Positions 8,693 to 17,855 are shown, counted from the stretch's first letter. The stretch is DNA of 46,345 nucleotides from an uncultured Eubacteriales bacterium (GCA_964592375.1 CAZQDP010000007.1:1-46345); one strand, 5' to 3'. Numbers and translations: made by a program. The notes: generated from the letters alone by a model not told the origin.

Positions 8693-8743
8693 ATACCGAC
8701 CTCCTACTCGTTAGCTTTTTAGTCTAACCTTTGGGGGTCGGTA
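8693..8743. terminator. Hairpin/terminator downstream of dpaB
   Basis: ATACCGACCTCC...GGGGGTCGGTAT inverted repeat with an A-run on its left (U-tract on the minus strand). Confidence 0.55.
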
Positions 8744-8829
8744 TACAATCCGTCCTCTTATATTTTCTTATATGTACTTCTTTGGCACCATGCCGCCCTT
8801 ATGAGAATAAACGGCATGGCCATGATTGA

Positions 8830-9420
8830 TTATGTTTTACTGCCAAGTACAAGCGGCTGAATTTGTTTGCCCTGCAATGCCATACTGAGCGTTTCGGGGA
8901 TTAGCTCCATATGGGCAACCATAGATGTTTGTTTGCTTTCCGGATCATCTTGCCCAAAGGGCACCATAAATATATTTTTTGAATTGAGTAGCAGGCCCAT
9001 ATTTTTCGCACTGGCTCCGAGTGCATCATTGGTGGAAATTGCAATGATGACGGGTCTTAAGTTGCGCAAATGCGCTTTTGCCGCCATTGCCACGGATGTA
9101 TCGGTAATTCCTGCTGCCAATTTTGAAATTGTATTGCCTGTGCAGGGCGCGATGATGAGCGCATCCAACAGTTTTTTCGGTCCTATGGGTTCTGCATCCT
9201 TGATGGAGGAGATCACAGGACGACCTGTGATATCTTCTAGCTCTGTTTTAAAATGCAGGGCTGTTCCAAATCTTGTATCGGTTGAAGCCGCTGTTTCACT
9301 CATAATGGGAATAACAGTGGCACCATTTTCTACAATCCGCTTCACTTGGGGGATGACTGCATTAAAGGTGCAAAATGAACCTGTTAGCGCAAAGCCTACC
9401 GTAAGGCCGTTTAAATACAT
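8830..9420 (-). CDS. dpaB: Dipicolinate synthase subunit B (SpoVFB)
   Basis: GFALTGSFCT, APCTGNT, TNDAL and PFGQDDP motifs; directly downstream of dpaA. Confidence 0.96.
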   Translation of the reverse strand: MYLNGLTVGFALTGSFCTFNAVIPQVKRIVENGATVIPIMSETAASTDTRFGTALHFKTELEDITGRPVISSIKDAEPIGPKKLLDALIIAPCTGNTISKLAAGITDTSVAMAAKAHLRNLRPVIIAISTNDALGASAKNMGLLLNSKNIFMVPFGQDDPESKQTSMVAHMELIPETLSMALQGKQIQPLVLGSKT

Positions 9421-9423
9421 AGG

Positions 9424-10302
9424 TTATACCCCCAACTCGCTTATTATGTTCAATATTGTTTCTTTGATAATTTCCCCTGCGGATACCGCCGCAACCTTGC
9501 CGGGCAACGACAGTGCCCAAATGACCCTACGCCCAAGCTCTTTGGCGCTTTCAAAATCCACACCGCCCGGCTTTGAAGCAAGGTCTATAATGAGGCAATC
9601 TTCCCTAAGCAGGGATAAACGTTCCTTGGTAAATACCTTTTCGGGAATGGTATTGAAAATGACATCATACTCACCCGCATCATGTTCAAAATCTTGTAAG
9701 GTAATCGCATGGTATCCATAGCTTTTGATCCATGCCAAATCCTCATATTTTCGTGCACTGCAGTCTACCTTGACACCAAGACCCCATAGCATTTTAGACA
9801 GCACTTTTCCAATGCGGCCAAAGCCTGCCACAAGAACACGACTACCATGCAATGTAATCGGGATTTCCTCCATGGCAATTTGAATGGCACCCTCTGCCGT
9901 GGGGATGGCATTGAGGACTGTAAGCTCCTCTCGCTCCAGATAATCTACTGTATATATGCCGTAATCACGGCACATCTTCCACATTTTTTCAGATATTTTC
10001 CCCCCGGTTAAAAATGCACCGGGTGATAAATTTTCTAAGACTTCTTGTATATATATTGGCTTTCCCGAAAAAGGTGCGTGCAGAGTAATATCATCACTCG
10101 AAGCTGGAAGTCCCAAGATCACGACTTTTGCGCCGCTAAGCGCATCCTTGAACATCGGTGAATTATGTAAGCCCTGCGAGGTGAGGTCATGCCCGTCAAA
10201 CCCTGCAAGTTTAACTTCAAATCCTGACTTTTTTAGGCCTTTTGCCACTTCCAACTGCCGCAAGTCTCCTCCGATTACCGCAAATACTGTGTTCATGTTC
10301 AT
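9424..10302 (-). CDS. dpaA: Dipicolinate synthase subunit A (SpoVFA)
   Basis: IGGDLRQ, NAIPTAEGA, GFGRIG, DLASKPGGVDF and LPGKVA motifs. Confidence 0.96.
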   Translation of the reverse strand: MNMNTVFAVIGGDLRQLEVAKGLKKSGFEVKLAGFDGHDLTSQGLHNSPMFKDALSGAKVVILGLPASSDDITLHAPFSGKPIYIQEVLENLSPGAFLTGGKISEKMWKMCRDYGIYTVDYLEREELTVLNAIPTAEGAIQIAMEEIPITLHGSRVLVAGFGRIGKVLSKMLWGLGVKVDCSARKYEDLAWIKSYGYHAITLQDFEHDAGEYDVIFNTIPEKVFTKERLSLLREDCLIIDLASKPGGVDFESAKELGRRVIWALSLPGKVAAVSAGEIIKETILNIISELGV

Positions 10303-10351
10303 TCCACCTTCCCACTTAAAAATGACAGGGCAATGCTACCCCTGCCAGTAT

Positions 10352-10381
10352 TATATTATGCGAAGAGTCGCTAAATCGTGC
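10352..10381 (-). promoter_or_regulatory. Putative sigma-K promoter of dpaAB
   Basis: Minus strand GCAC-N17-CATAATAT fits the sigK consensus (AC...CATAnnnT); spoVF is sigK-dependent in Bacillus. Confidence 0.6.
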
Positions 10382-10477
10382 GAAGCGGGTGGGTAAAAAA
10401 AGGCAGAGGACAAAGCCCATATCAAAACACGCAAAAGTCGCGCAACAAAGAAGGGATAAAGGAATGAAATTTTATCG

Positions 10478-10524
10478 TTGACAAAATCAAAAAGAAGTTA
10501 TACAATATGAATGAGTGCTCATAT
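10478..10524 (+). promoter_or_regulatory. Sigma-A promoter with overlapping ArsR/SmtB operator
   Basis: TTGACA (10478)-17-TACAAT (10501); ATATGA-N8-TCATAT palindrome at 10505-10524 resembling SmtB/CzrA operators. Confidence 0.8.
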
Positions 10525-10553
10525 ATTCATATATCAAAAAGAATGGAGGATCT

Positions 10554-10925
10554 ATGATGGAAGAAAAACAACTTGACCAGGATATTTGCCGGTGTACTAC
10601 CGTGCACGAGGAAGTGATACAAACGGTAAAAGCACAAATGCCTGCTAAGGAGCAGCTGGATGGGCTTGCAGATACTTTTAAGGTATTTGGCGATTTGACG
10701 AGAATACGCATTTTATCTGCCCTTACAGATGCTGTGATGTGCGTATGTGATATTGCTGCGCTCCTTGAGATGAGCCAATCTGCCATCTCTCATCAGCTAA
10801 GGGTGCTAAGGCAAGCAAGGCTGGTAAAATATAAAAAGACCGGAAAGGTTGTTTATTATTCCTTGGATGATGAACATGTAAGGCAGATTATTGAATGCGG
10901 CTTGTTGCATATCAACGAAAAATAA
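10554..10925 (+). CDS. ArsR/SmtB family metal-sensing repressor (CadC/SmtB-like)
   Basis: FKVFGDLTRIRIL, MCVCDIA, SQSAISHQL and LDDEHV...H motifs; ATG at 10554 behind GGAGG. Confidence 0.93.
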   Translation: MMEEKQLDQDICRCTTVHEEVIQTVKAQMPAKEQLDGLADTFKVFGDLTRIRILSALTDAVMCVCDIAALLEMSQSAISHQLRVLRQARLVKYKKTGKVVYYSLDDEHVRQIIECGLLHINEK

Positions 10926-10937
10926 GACTCCGGGGGG

Positions 10938-13022
10938 ATGAATATGAAAACAACATTGCAAACGGAAGGCTTGCATTGTGCAAGCTGTGCCGAAAAAATA
11001 GAAAAAGAGGTGCGCTGCATTGAAGGCGTACGTGCAGCAGGGCTGGACTTTGCAACCGGCATGTTGACCATTGATGCATGGGGAGATTTGAAAAGCATTA
11101 CAAAGGTGGCAACAGAAATAATCATAAAACACGAGCCGTCTGCAAGCGTGAGGCAAGTGGGCGAAAAGGCAGTGGCGGGAGCACCTTTTATGGCAGAGCT
11201 TGTTCGATTTTTCGCGGGAATTTCTTTATTGCTGCTGGCACTGTTTTATCCGCTATCCCCATGGGGCACGATGGGTCTTTACATTGCCGCCTATCTTATT
11301 ATCGGAGCGAAGGTACTGCTTCGTGCAGGTAGGAATATCGCGAAAGGACAAATCTTTGACGAGAATTTTCTCATGTGCATAGCGACTCTTGGGGCGTTTG
11401 CCATTCGGGAATATCCCGAAGCGGTTGCCGTTATGATTTTTTACGAGGTGGGTGAATTTTTACAAGGTTTGGTGGTTAATCGGTCCAGAAAATCCATCAG
11501 CGCACTGATGAACATTCGTCCGGATTATGCGAATATCAAAGCCCGCAATGATTTGCAAAGGGTATCGCCGGATGCTGTGCATGTGGGCGATGTGATTGTG
11601 ATCCTGCCGGGCGAAAAAATACCCTTGGACGCTACAATCATTGAAGGCACTTCCACACTTCATACCTCCGCCATTACGGGAGAATCCATGCCGAGGGATG
11701 TTTCAGTGGGCTCCCAGATTTTGTCCGGAACCATCAATCAAAGCGGCGTTTTGCATGCAATTGTTACCAAGGAATTTGACCAATCCACCGTATCCAAAAT
11801 TTTGGAGTTGGTGCAAAATGCAAGCAGTAAGAAAGCAAAAACACAGAATTTCATCACGAAATTTTCCAAGGTGTATACACCCGTCGTGGTGAGCGTAGCG
11901 ATTGCAATGGCAATCATTCCCCCTCTTGTCTTTGCAGGTGAAGCTTTTTCTACATGGGTTTATAGAGCGCTTGTATTTTTGGTGGTCTCCTGCCCTTGTG
12001 CATTGGTGATTTCCATTCCATTAGGCTTTTTTGGAGGTATTGGCGGTGCCGCGAAGCAGGGTATACTGATGAAGGGCGGTAATTATTTGGAAGCCTTGCA
12101 TGCAGTTCATACAGTTGTATTTGACAAAACAGGCACCCTCACAAAAGGTGCCTTTACGGTAACAAAAATCAATTGCCTGCCCCATATCACTCCGGAGCAA
12201 TTGCTCTATGCGGCGGCCTATGCCCAGAGCTATGCAAACCATCCCATTGCAACGTCCATTATTCGTGCATACGGCAAGGACATTGACAAAAGCAAAGTCA
12301 GTGAATACGAAGCCATAGCAGGCCAGGGCGTGAAGGCCCTCGTGGATGGGAAGCAGGTGCTTGCCGGCAATGCACGGCTGATGGGAGCGCTTTTGCCCCC
12401 CATTACAGCTGCGGGAATAGGGACCGTTGTGTATATTGCCATTGATGGCAGGTATGCAGGCAGTCTATTTATTTACGATGAAGTAAAAGAAGATGCGAAA
12501 AAAGCTTTGGCGCATCTCAAAGCACTTGGCGCGGTGCATATCGTCATGCTCACGGGGGACAGCACGGAGGCGGCACAAAGGGTCGCACAGGAACTGGATA
12601 TCCATGAGGTGCACGCTGCACTTTTACCTCATCAAAAAGTAGAGATGGTAGAAATGCTCAGCCAAAGAAAACCTAAGAATGCAACCCTCGTTTTCGTTGG
12701 CGATGGAATCAATGACGCACCCGTGCTCAGCCGGGCAGACGTAGGCATTGCCATGGGAGGCATTGGGTCGGATGCGGCCATTGAAGCGGCGGATATTGTG
12801 GTAATGGGCGACGAACTCTCTAAAATTCCCGCAGGAATACAAATTGCAAGAAAAACGCGAAAGATTGTGTGGCAAAATATTCTCTTCACCCTTACCGTGA
12901 AGGGGGCCGTCCTGATACTAGGTGCCATTGGCATCGCAACAATGTGGGAAGCGGTATTCGCTGATGTAGGCGTGGCACTGCTGGCAGTGCTGAACAGTAT
13001 GCGCATGATGAAGCGCAATTAA
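10938..13022 (+). CDS. cadA: Heavy-metal (Zn/Cd) translocating P1B-type ATPase
   Basis: HCASC metal-binding domain, TGES, SCPC, DKTGTLT, HP, GDGINDAP and FADVG motifs. Confidence 0.93.
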   Translation: MNMKTTLQTEGLHCASCAEKIEKEVRCIEGVRAAGLDFATGMLTIDAWGDLKSITKVATEIIIKHEPSASVRQVGEKAVAGAPFMAELVRFFAGISLLLLALFYPLSPWGTMGLYIAAYLIIGAKVLLRAGRNIAKGQIFDENFLMCIATLGAFAIREYPEAVAVMIFYEVGEFLQGLVVNRSRKSISALMNIRPDYANIKARNDLQRVSPDAVHVGDVIVILPGEKIPLDATIIEGTSTLHTSAITGESMPRDVSVGSQILSGTINQSGVLHAIVTKEFDQSTVSKILELVQNASSKKAKTQNFITKFSKVYTPVVVSVAIAMAIIPPLVFAGEAFSTWVYRALVFLVVSCPCALVISIPLGFFGGIGGAAKQGILMKGGNYLEALHAVHTVVFDKTGTLTKGAFTVTKINCLPHITPEQLLYAAAYAQSYANHPIATSIIRAYGKDIDKSKVSEYEAIAGQGVKALVDGKQVLAGNARLMGALLPPITAAGIGTVVYIAIDGRYAGSLFIYDEVKEDAKKALAHLKALGAVHIVMLTGDSTEAAQRVAQELDIHEVHAALLPHQKVEMVEMLSQRKPKNATLVFVGDGINDAPVLSRADVGIAMGGIGSDAAIEAADIVVMGDELSKIPAGIQIARKTRKIVWQNILFTLTVKGAVLILGAIGIATMWEAVFADVGVALLAVLNSMRMMKRN

Positions 13023-13039
13023 GCTATTTTCTGATACGA

Positions 13040-14164
13040 TTAGTAAATGTAGCTGAGATACGAGGCGGATGACCAACCAATAATATTGTTATACTGAATT
13101 TGCATCCATTTTCCGTCTGAAGAATACCCGATGACCTTCGCATATTGATATTTTTTGAGCGTACCGACTATAGAGGATGTGACCGTAGGAGAAATGCGGA
13201 TATTCAGCATCTCTGTGTTTTTTATGCTTACATATATGCCGCTTGGAATATTTGCGAGATACAGACCCCATACCCAGCCAATTTGGCCGTTATAGGACAC
13301 CTGATACCATCCGGCAGAATAGCTTTTCACATAGAGAATGCCGCCGGAGGGTATGGTTGCTAAAATGCCGGCCTGCGAGGATGCGGAAGATCGAAGATTG
13401 AGGTTTCCGGTGGTTTTTGCGAATATTCCGGTTTGCACAGGCTGAGGCAGTGCAACTTCCTCCTGGATGTATTTATACCTGGCTGCAATATATCCGGAGT
13501 TGATGGTATTCATACTGATAAAGTACTTCTTTGCCCCCTGAATACCGCCATAAATGGTGCTGGCGGTGGATTCGTACGTAAAGGCTCCACTAAGGCCATT
13601 AAGCGTTCCCCATGAGTCAAAGATTACCACATGATCCCCAGGAAGATCCAAAATATCCATATGCTTGATATCGCTCAGGGAAATAGGTGTAAAGTACTGA
13701 TTGAGCAGACTGGTTGTGGATTGTTTGTAATCTTTAATTTGAAAGGTGGCTTGTACAAAGCCGGAACAATCCAGTCCCGCAGTACCGGGGATATACCCCA
13801 GTGCGCTGATGGAATTGGTATTGCCGGTATACGCGCCTTTTTTTACGGCGTCTGCAAAACCGCTCCAGGTCTGATTGTAAGAAGAAGTGTCTAACCCATC
13901 AAAACCGCCCCAGCAATAGGGAATACCTGTCTTCTGGCCGGATACGCTTCCGAGCTGGGTAGGTTTTGTTATGCTCTTTAAGTACGAAGATGCAATGGTG
14001 CTGTTTGCTGTGGCAGAATAGGACCAAGTCATATTGATCATCGCCAGTGCTCTTTGCTCTGCAGCACTTCTTGTAATGGCGGTTTGGGTTGCCGCCGTGG
14101 CGGGCAGGGGAAATGTACAGATAAACATGGATAAGACGGTGAATAGCATCAATAACCTTTTCAT
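13040..14164 (-). CDS. Secreted NlpC/P60-like cell-wall hydrolase with two C-terminal SH3b domains
   Basis: Start reassigned to MKRLL (ATG 14164, GGAGG RBS). Signal peptide, PYCWGG...GLDCSGFV...DHVV catalytic pattern, two LN(L/I)R...W..V/I.YN..GW SH3 repeats. Confidence 0.85.
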   Translation of the reverse strand: MKRLLMLFTVLSMFICTFPLPATAATQTAITRSAAEQRALAMINMTWSYSATANSTIASSYLKSITKPTQLGSVSGQKTGIPYCWGGFDGLDTSSYNQTWSGFADAVKKGAYTGNTNSISALGYIPGTAGLDCSGFVQATFQIKDYKQSTTSLLNQYFTPISLSDIKHMDILDLPGDHVVIFDSWGTLNGLSGAFTYESTASTIYGGIQGAKKYFISMNTINSGYIAARYKYIQEEVALPQPVQTGIFAKTTGNLNLRSSASSQAGILATIPSGGILYVKSYSAGWYQVSYNGQIGWVWGLYLANIPSGIYVSIKNTEMLNIRISPTVTSSIVGTLKKYQYAKVIGYSSDGKWMQIQYNNIIGWSSASYLSYIY

Positions 14165-14450
14165 GATAGGTGCCTCCAAAGTAAGTATTCCCAAATGCAA
14201 AAGCATAGGAGTTAAACCCATTATAAGCCGAAATATACACCTATTCAACAAGCATGTAATTCCACTATATATGCTTTTTCCCATAGGTGACAAGCTTTAT
14301 TAAAAAAGCTGCCTAAAAAGAGCAATTTCAAGGTAATTTATGATATATCCGGAATACTTTCCCACCCAAAAATATATCTTTACAAGCACCTTAATCGGTG
14401 ATAGAATAAAAAAATGAATATATGATCGAAGGCTACTTATTGCCATATGA

Positions 14451-15065
14451 ATGATAAAAGGAAGGTCTGCACAGTTGATATACCTTTTAAAAAACCATTC
14501 TCCCATGGAGGAACATATTTATCAGTACCTCTCCTGCCTGCCGTTTATGGATGAAAAATACCAAAAGAGGCAAAGCGGCGCGGGTGCACAATCGGTTGCC
14601 GCTCGCTCACTTTTGTGGTATGCACTGCAGAAAGAAAAGGTGCAGATGTGCAGGTTGTCGTACAGCCGGCATGGAAAACCATATTTAAAGCAGGCGCCGG
14701 AAGTGCATTTCAGTCTTAGTCATTGCAATGGCTATGCCGCGTGTATCGTGAGCAATAGTCCAGTGGGAATTGATATCGAAAAAATCCGTCCCGTATCGCC
14801 AAAGGCATATTCTCGGGTATGTACAAAAGAGGAATTGCAGCAAATCACATACAGCGCTAATCATCATGCCACTTTTATGAAGTTTTGGTGCCTGAAGGAA
14901 AGCTATGGAAAAGCCTGCGGACTGGGTCTTTCCTATGCGGCTTCTCATATTTCCTTTTCCATTCAGGATAATATGGTAAGGTCTACTGACCCTCGTTATT
15001 CTTTTTTTATAGAGGAGCCATGCGCAGGGTATATGCTGGCATGGTGCGAACGGGCGATGGTGTAA
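14451..15065 (+). CDS. Sfp-type 4'-phosphopantetheinyl transferase
   Basis: HGKPY, HFSLSH, VGIDIE and FWCLKESYGKACGLGL motifs; exact start uncertain. Confidence 0.9.
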   Translation: MIKGRSAQLIYLLKNHSPMEEHIYQYLSCLPFMDEKYQKRQSGAGAQSVAARSLLWYALQKEKVQMCRLSYSRHGKPYLKQAPEVHFSLSHCNGYAACIVSNSPVGIDIEKIRPVSPKAYSRVCTKEELQQITYSANHHATFMKFWCLKESYGKACGLGLSYAASHISFSIQDNMVRSTDPRYSFFIEEPCAGYMLAWCERAMV

Positions 15066-15219
15066 TCATGCCCTGCGAAGCTACCTACCGCACACCCCTA
15101 CACTCTTTTATATTTTATATGCTTTATTTGTCGTTTTGGATGCGTTTTTCGTTTTTTTTCAATAAAGTTGGTCATTTTTACTTGCAATTGATATTTTTTT
15201 TCATTCTTCATAATTTTTA

Positions 15220-15248
15220 TTGACATTTTGACAAAAATGTTATATACT
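15220..15248 (+). promoter_or_regulatory. Sigma-A promoter of sigH
   Basis: TTGACA (15220)-17-TATACT (15243). Confidence 0.75.
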
Positions 15249-15357
15249 ATCACTAAATTATCGGTTTTTTTAGGCACATTGTGAGAAGGAGATACACTGC
15301 TTTTTTCATTCAAATACTGGTGCGTGATAAAAATCGATTTCCGAAAGGGAGATTATA

Positions 15358-16005
15358 ATGGCCGATTATGACAGGTCGGCCGGTACTTCTGAAATATCCT
15401 CTTTAAGTGATGAGGAGTTGGTGGAAAGAGCCCGGTCAGACAATGAAGTTGCGTTAGAGGAGCTCATAGGAAGATACAAAGGTAGTGTCCTGTCCAAAGC
15501 ACGCACGTATTTTTTGATTGGCGCCGACAGGGAGGATATTATTCAGGAAGGTATGATTGGTCTTATCAAAGCCATTAGGGATTATAAGAGTGATCGCTTG
15601 GTCGTTTTTAGAGCCTTTGCAGAAATATGCATTACTCGCCAAATCATTACCGCCATTAAAACTGCAACCCGTCAGAAGCATATCCCTTTAAATTCATATA
15701 TATCTCTAAGTCGTCCTCTGTATGATGACGAGAATAACAACCAAACCTTGCTTGAGCTAATCGAAAGCGATGCCAGCTTCAATCCCGAAGAACGTATGCT
15801 TGTAACCGAAAGCTATAAAGGCGTTGACCAGAAGATATACAAGCTCCTCAGTAAATTTGAGCGGCAAGTTTTAGAGTATTATTTGAGTGGCAGAACGTAT
15901 CTTGAAATATCGGATGCTACGAAGAAGTCCGCAAAATCTGTGGACAATGCACTGCAAAGAATTAAACGTAAGTTAGAAAAATATTACACACCACGTAGGA
16001 AGTAA
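15358..16005 (+). CDS. sigH: RNA polymerase sigma factor SigH
   Basis: YFLIGADREDIIQEGMIGL, AIKTATRQKHIPLNSYISL and KSVDNALQRIKRKL hallmark sequences. Confidence 0.97.
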   Translation: MADYDRSAGTSEISSLSDEELVERARSDNEVALEELIGRYKGSVLSKARTYFLIGADREDIIQEGMIGLIKAIRDYKSDRLVVFRAFAEICITRQIITAIKTATRQKHIPLNSYISLSRPLYDDENNNQTLLELIESDASFNPEERMLVTESYKGVDQKIYKLLSKFERQVLEYYLSGRTYLEISDATKKSAKSVDNALQRIKRKLEKYYTPRRK

Positions 16006-16010
16006 TAGAT

Positions 16011-16084
16011 GCGGGCATAGCTCAATGGTAGAGTTTCGGCTTCCCAAGCCGACGGTGCGGGTTCGATCCCCGTTGCCCGCTCCA
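16011..16084 (+). tRNA. tRNA-Gly (CCC)
   Basis: GCGGGCA/TGCCCGC acceptor stem, TCGGC-TTCCCAA-GCCGA anticodon arm, GTTCGATC, discriminator T plus CCA. Confidence 0.96.
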
Positions 16085-16146
16085 CTATTGTATCTTTGCA
16101 GATGCCAAATAGGTATATTCGGCTCCTATAGAGAGCCTAAATATGT

Positions 16147-16211
16147 ATCCATGTAGCTTAATGGCAAGAGCACTGTGTTTCAGAGGTATCGGTTCAAGTC
16201 CGGTCGGGATC
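16147..16211 (+). ncRNA. tRNA-like element / pseudo-tRNA lacking a normal anticodon arm and CCA
   Basis: TAGCTTAATGGCAAGAGC D-arm, CTG-TGTTT-CAG mini arm, AGGT variable loop, ATCGG-TTCAAGT-CCGGT T-arm, bulged acceptor stem ATCC(A)TG/CGGGAT. Confidence 0.65.
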
Positions 16212-16238
16212 AATTATCAAAAAGTGAGGGGATATCCA

Positions 16239-16508
16239 ATGTACGAAGACAAAACTTTAGCCTGTAAGGATTGCGGAAGTGATTTCGTCTTTACAGCAGG
16301 AGAACAGGAATTCTATGCCGAAAAAGGGTTTCAGAACGAACCTACAAGATGCAAAGAATGCCGTGTAACTCGCAAGAACACCATCAGAGGCGAGCGTGAA
16401 ATGTTCACAATCACATGTGCTGATTGCGGCGCACCGGCTCAAGTACCGTTTAAGCCTAAGAATGACAAGCCTGTTTATTGTAGCGATTGCTTCTCGAAGC
16501 ATAAATAA
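16239..16508 (+). CDS. Double zinc-ribbon protein (zf-trcl plus CxxC-x17-CxxC domains)
   Basis: Start reassigned to MYEDK (ATG 16239, GAGGGG RBS). CKDC...FTAGEQEFY..KGF..EPTRCKEC followed by CADC...VPFKP...PVYCSDC. Confidence 0.92.
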   Translation: MYEDKTLACKDCGSDFVFTAGEQEFYAEKGFQNEPTRCKECRVTRKNTIRGEREMFTITCADCGAPAQVPFKPKNDKPVYCSDCFSKHK

Positions 16509-16539
16509 GCTTCATATAAATAGGTTGTACACAATAAAC

Positions 16540-16587
16540 GGGATATAAAAAAATGTGGACTTTTGTGTCCACATTTTTTTATATCCC
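16540..16587. terminator. Bidirectional terminator (perfect 21-bp stem)
   Basis: GGGATATAAAAAAATGTGGAC-ttttgt-GTCCACATTTTTTTATATCCC between convergent genes. Confidence 0.85.
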
Positions 16588-16892
16588 AATGGAAAATTAG
16601 AATGATCAATAAGCATGCTATGAACTTAGCAAGTTCAGCTTCTATCTTTTTCTATTCGTTGAGCGTGTTTGATCTTTTTTCAAAAAAAATGAGGCCCCAA
16701 TGGCGATATATCTTTTCAATAGAAGAAAATACTTTTAAAATCATTCCCTTCTGCATGAAAATTATTGTATTGAAAGTGATTTTTATGCGGCATGCATGGA
16801 AAAGGTACTGCAAAAGCTTTCGCTTTGATGCAGCACCTTTGGGTGAAGCGGCAAGGGGGAATGAATGCAGCCACCTGCCACCTATTATTCTA

Positions 16893-17855
16893 TCATGCAC
16901 TTCCGGTAATCACGAAAAAGAGATAACTAACATATCCTCCAATGAGCAATATACCTTGAATACGCGCTAACTTGCCACTTATAATTGAGGGTACAACCGC
17001 TATCACCATCAGTGAGAGTGTAACCGGAATGTCGCGTAGATATGTCTGTGGTTGCACGAAAAGTGTTCCGCCGGCCACGAAGCTGCAGGAGGATAATATC
17101 AAGGTAATGTCAATAATATTTGCCCCAAGTACATTGCCAACAGAAAGGGCGGACTCTTTTTTGGCAATAGCCATCAGCGTTGTCACAAGCTCTGGAAGAG
17201 ACGTACCTACCGCCATGACGGCAATGCCGATAACACTTTCGGATATATTCACCGCAAGGGCAAGGATTTTTCCATTATCGACCAAAAGCTTTGCTCCCAT
17301 GCCAACACACGCAGCTCCTACAATGAACTTTGCGCTGTTAACAATAATGGCTAAAGTTGCTGGTGAGCATGCTTTTTTCTTTTCAATCTCTATCTCTGAG
17401 GGAGCTCCAACGCCTACAAAATTAATCACGATAAAAACGCCGAGCAAAGCAATTAGTAGGAGGCAATCTACACTGCTTACGCTACCATCTAAAATCAGAA
17501 GTCCAAGCATGAGTGTAGAGAACAGCATTAATAGCGCTTTTTTTGAAAAAGAATTTTTCAAAATTACGCAAGGCATTGCTATCGCAGATATACCCATGAT
17601 AAGTCCGATATTGCTTGTGACCGATCCTACCGCATTGCCCACGGCCATATCAACCGATTCTCCTGCTGTTGCAAAAAGGGACACCAAAAGCTCCGGCATG
17701 GTAGTGGCTAAGCTAACAATGGTAGCACCTATAATAAATTTTGGAATGCCTGTTACATCGGATATCCACCTTGCGGCATCCACAAATACATCTCCGCCGC
17801 CGATAACAAGCACAAGGCCTACTACAAATAAGAGCACAGGTATGGTGATTTCCAA
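16893..17855 (-). CDS. Calcium/sodium antiporter (CaCA, YrbG-like)
   Basis: Two alpha repeats (ATTMPEL...GNAVGS; GTSLPEL...GNVLGAN) and about 10 hydrophobic segments; TTG start. Confidence 0.92.
   Translation of the reverse strand: MEITIPVLLFVVGLVLVIGGGDVFVDAARWISDVTGIPKFIIGATIVSLATTMPELLVSLFATAGESVDMAVGNAVGSVTSNIGLIMGISAIAMPCVILKNSFSKKALLMLFSTLMLGLLILDGSVSSVDCLLLIALLGVFIVINFVGVGAPSEIEIEKKKACSPATLAIIVNSAKFIVGAACVGMGAKLLVDNGKILALAVNISESVIGIAVMAVGTSLPELVTTLMAIAKKESALSVGNVLGANIIDITLILSSCSFVAGGTLFVQPQTYLRDIPVTLSLMVIAVVPSIISGKLARIQGILLIGGYVSYLFFVITGSA

Noticed and set aside
6337-8830. Prophage or integrative element at tRNA-fMet
   Set aside because: No integrase or phage genes, and I could not find a duplicated tRNA 3' end (attR).
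8867-9721. 284-aa plus-strand ORF
   Set aside because: Antisense to well-supported dpaB/dpaA.
14165-14293. N-terminal extension of the NlpC/P60 ORF to 14293
   Set aside because: A GGAGG RBS and signal peptide start at 14164.
16143-16238. 32-aa N-terminal extension of the zinc-ribbon ORF
   Set aside because: It runs through the tRNA-like structure and lacks an RBS; the family-typical start MYEDK at 16239 has one.
16563-16970. ORFs 16563-16970 (+) and 16652-16900 (-), or a riboswitch in this gap
   Set aside because: The ORFs lack an RBS and motifs, one starts inside the terminator, and I saw no recognisable aptamer.
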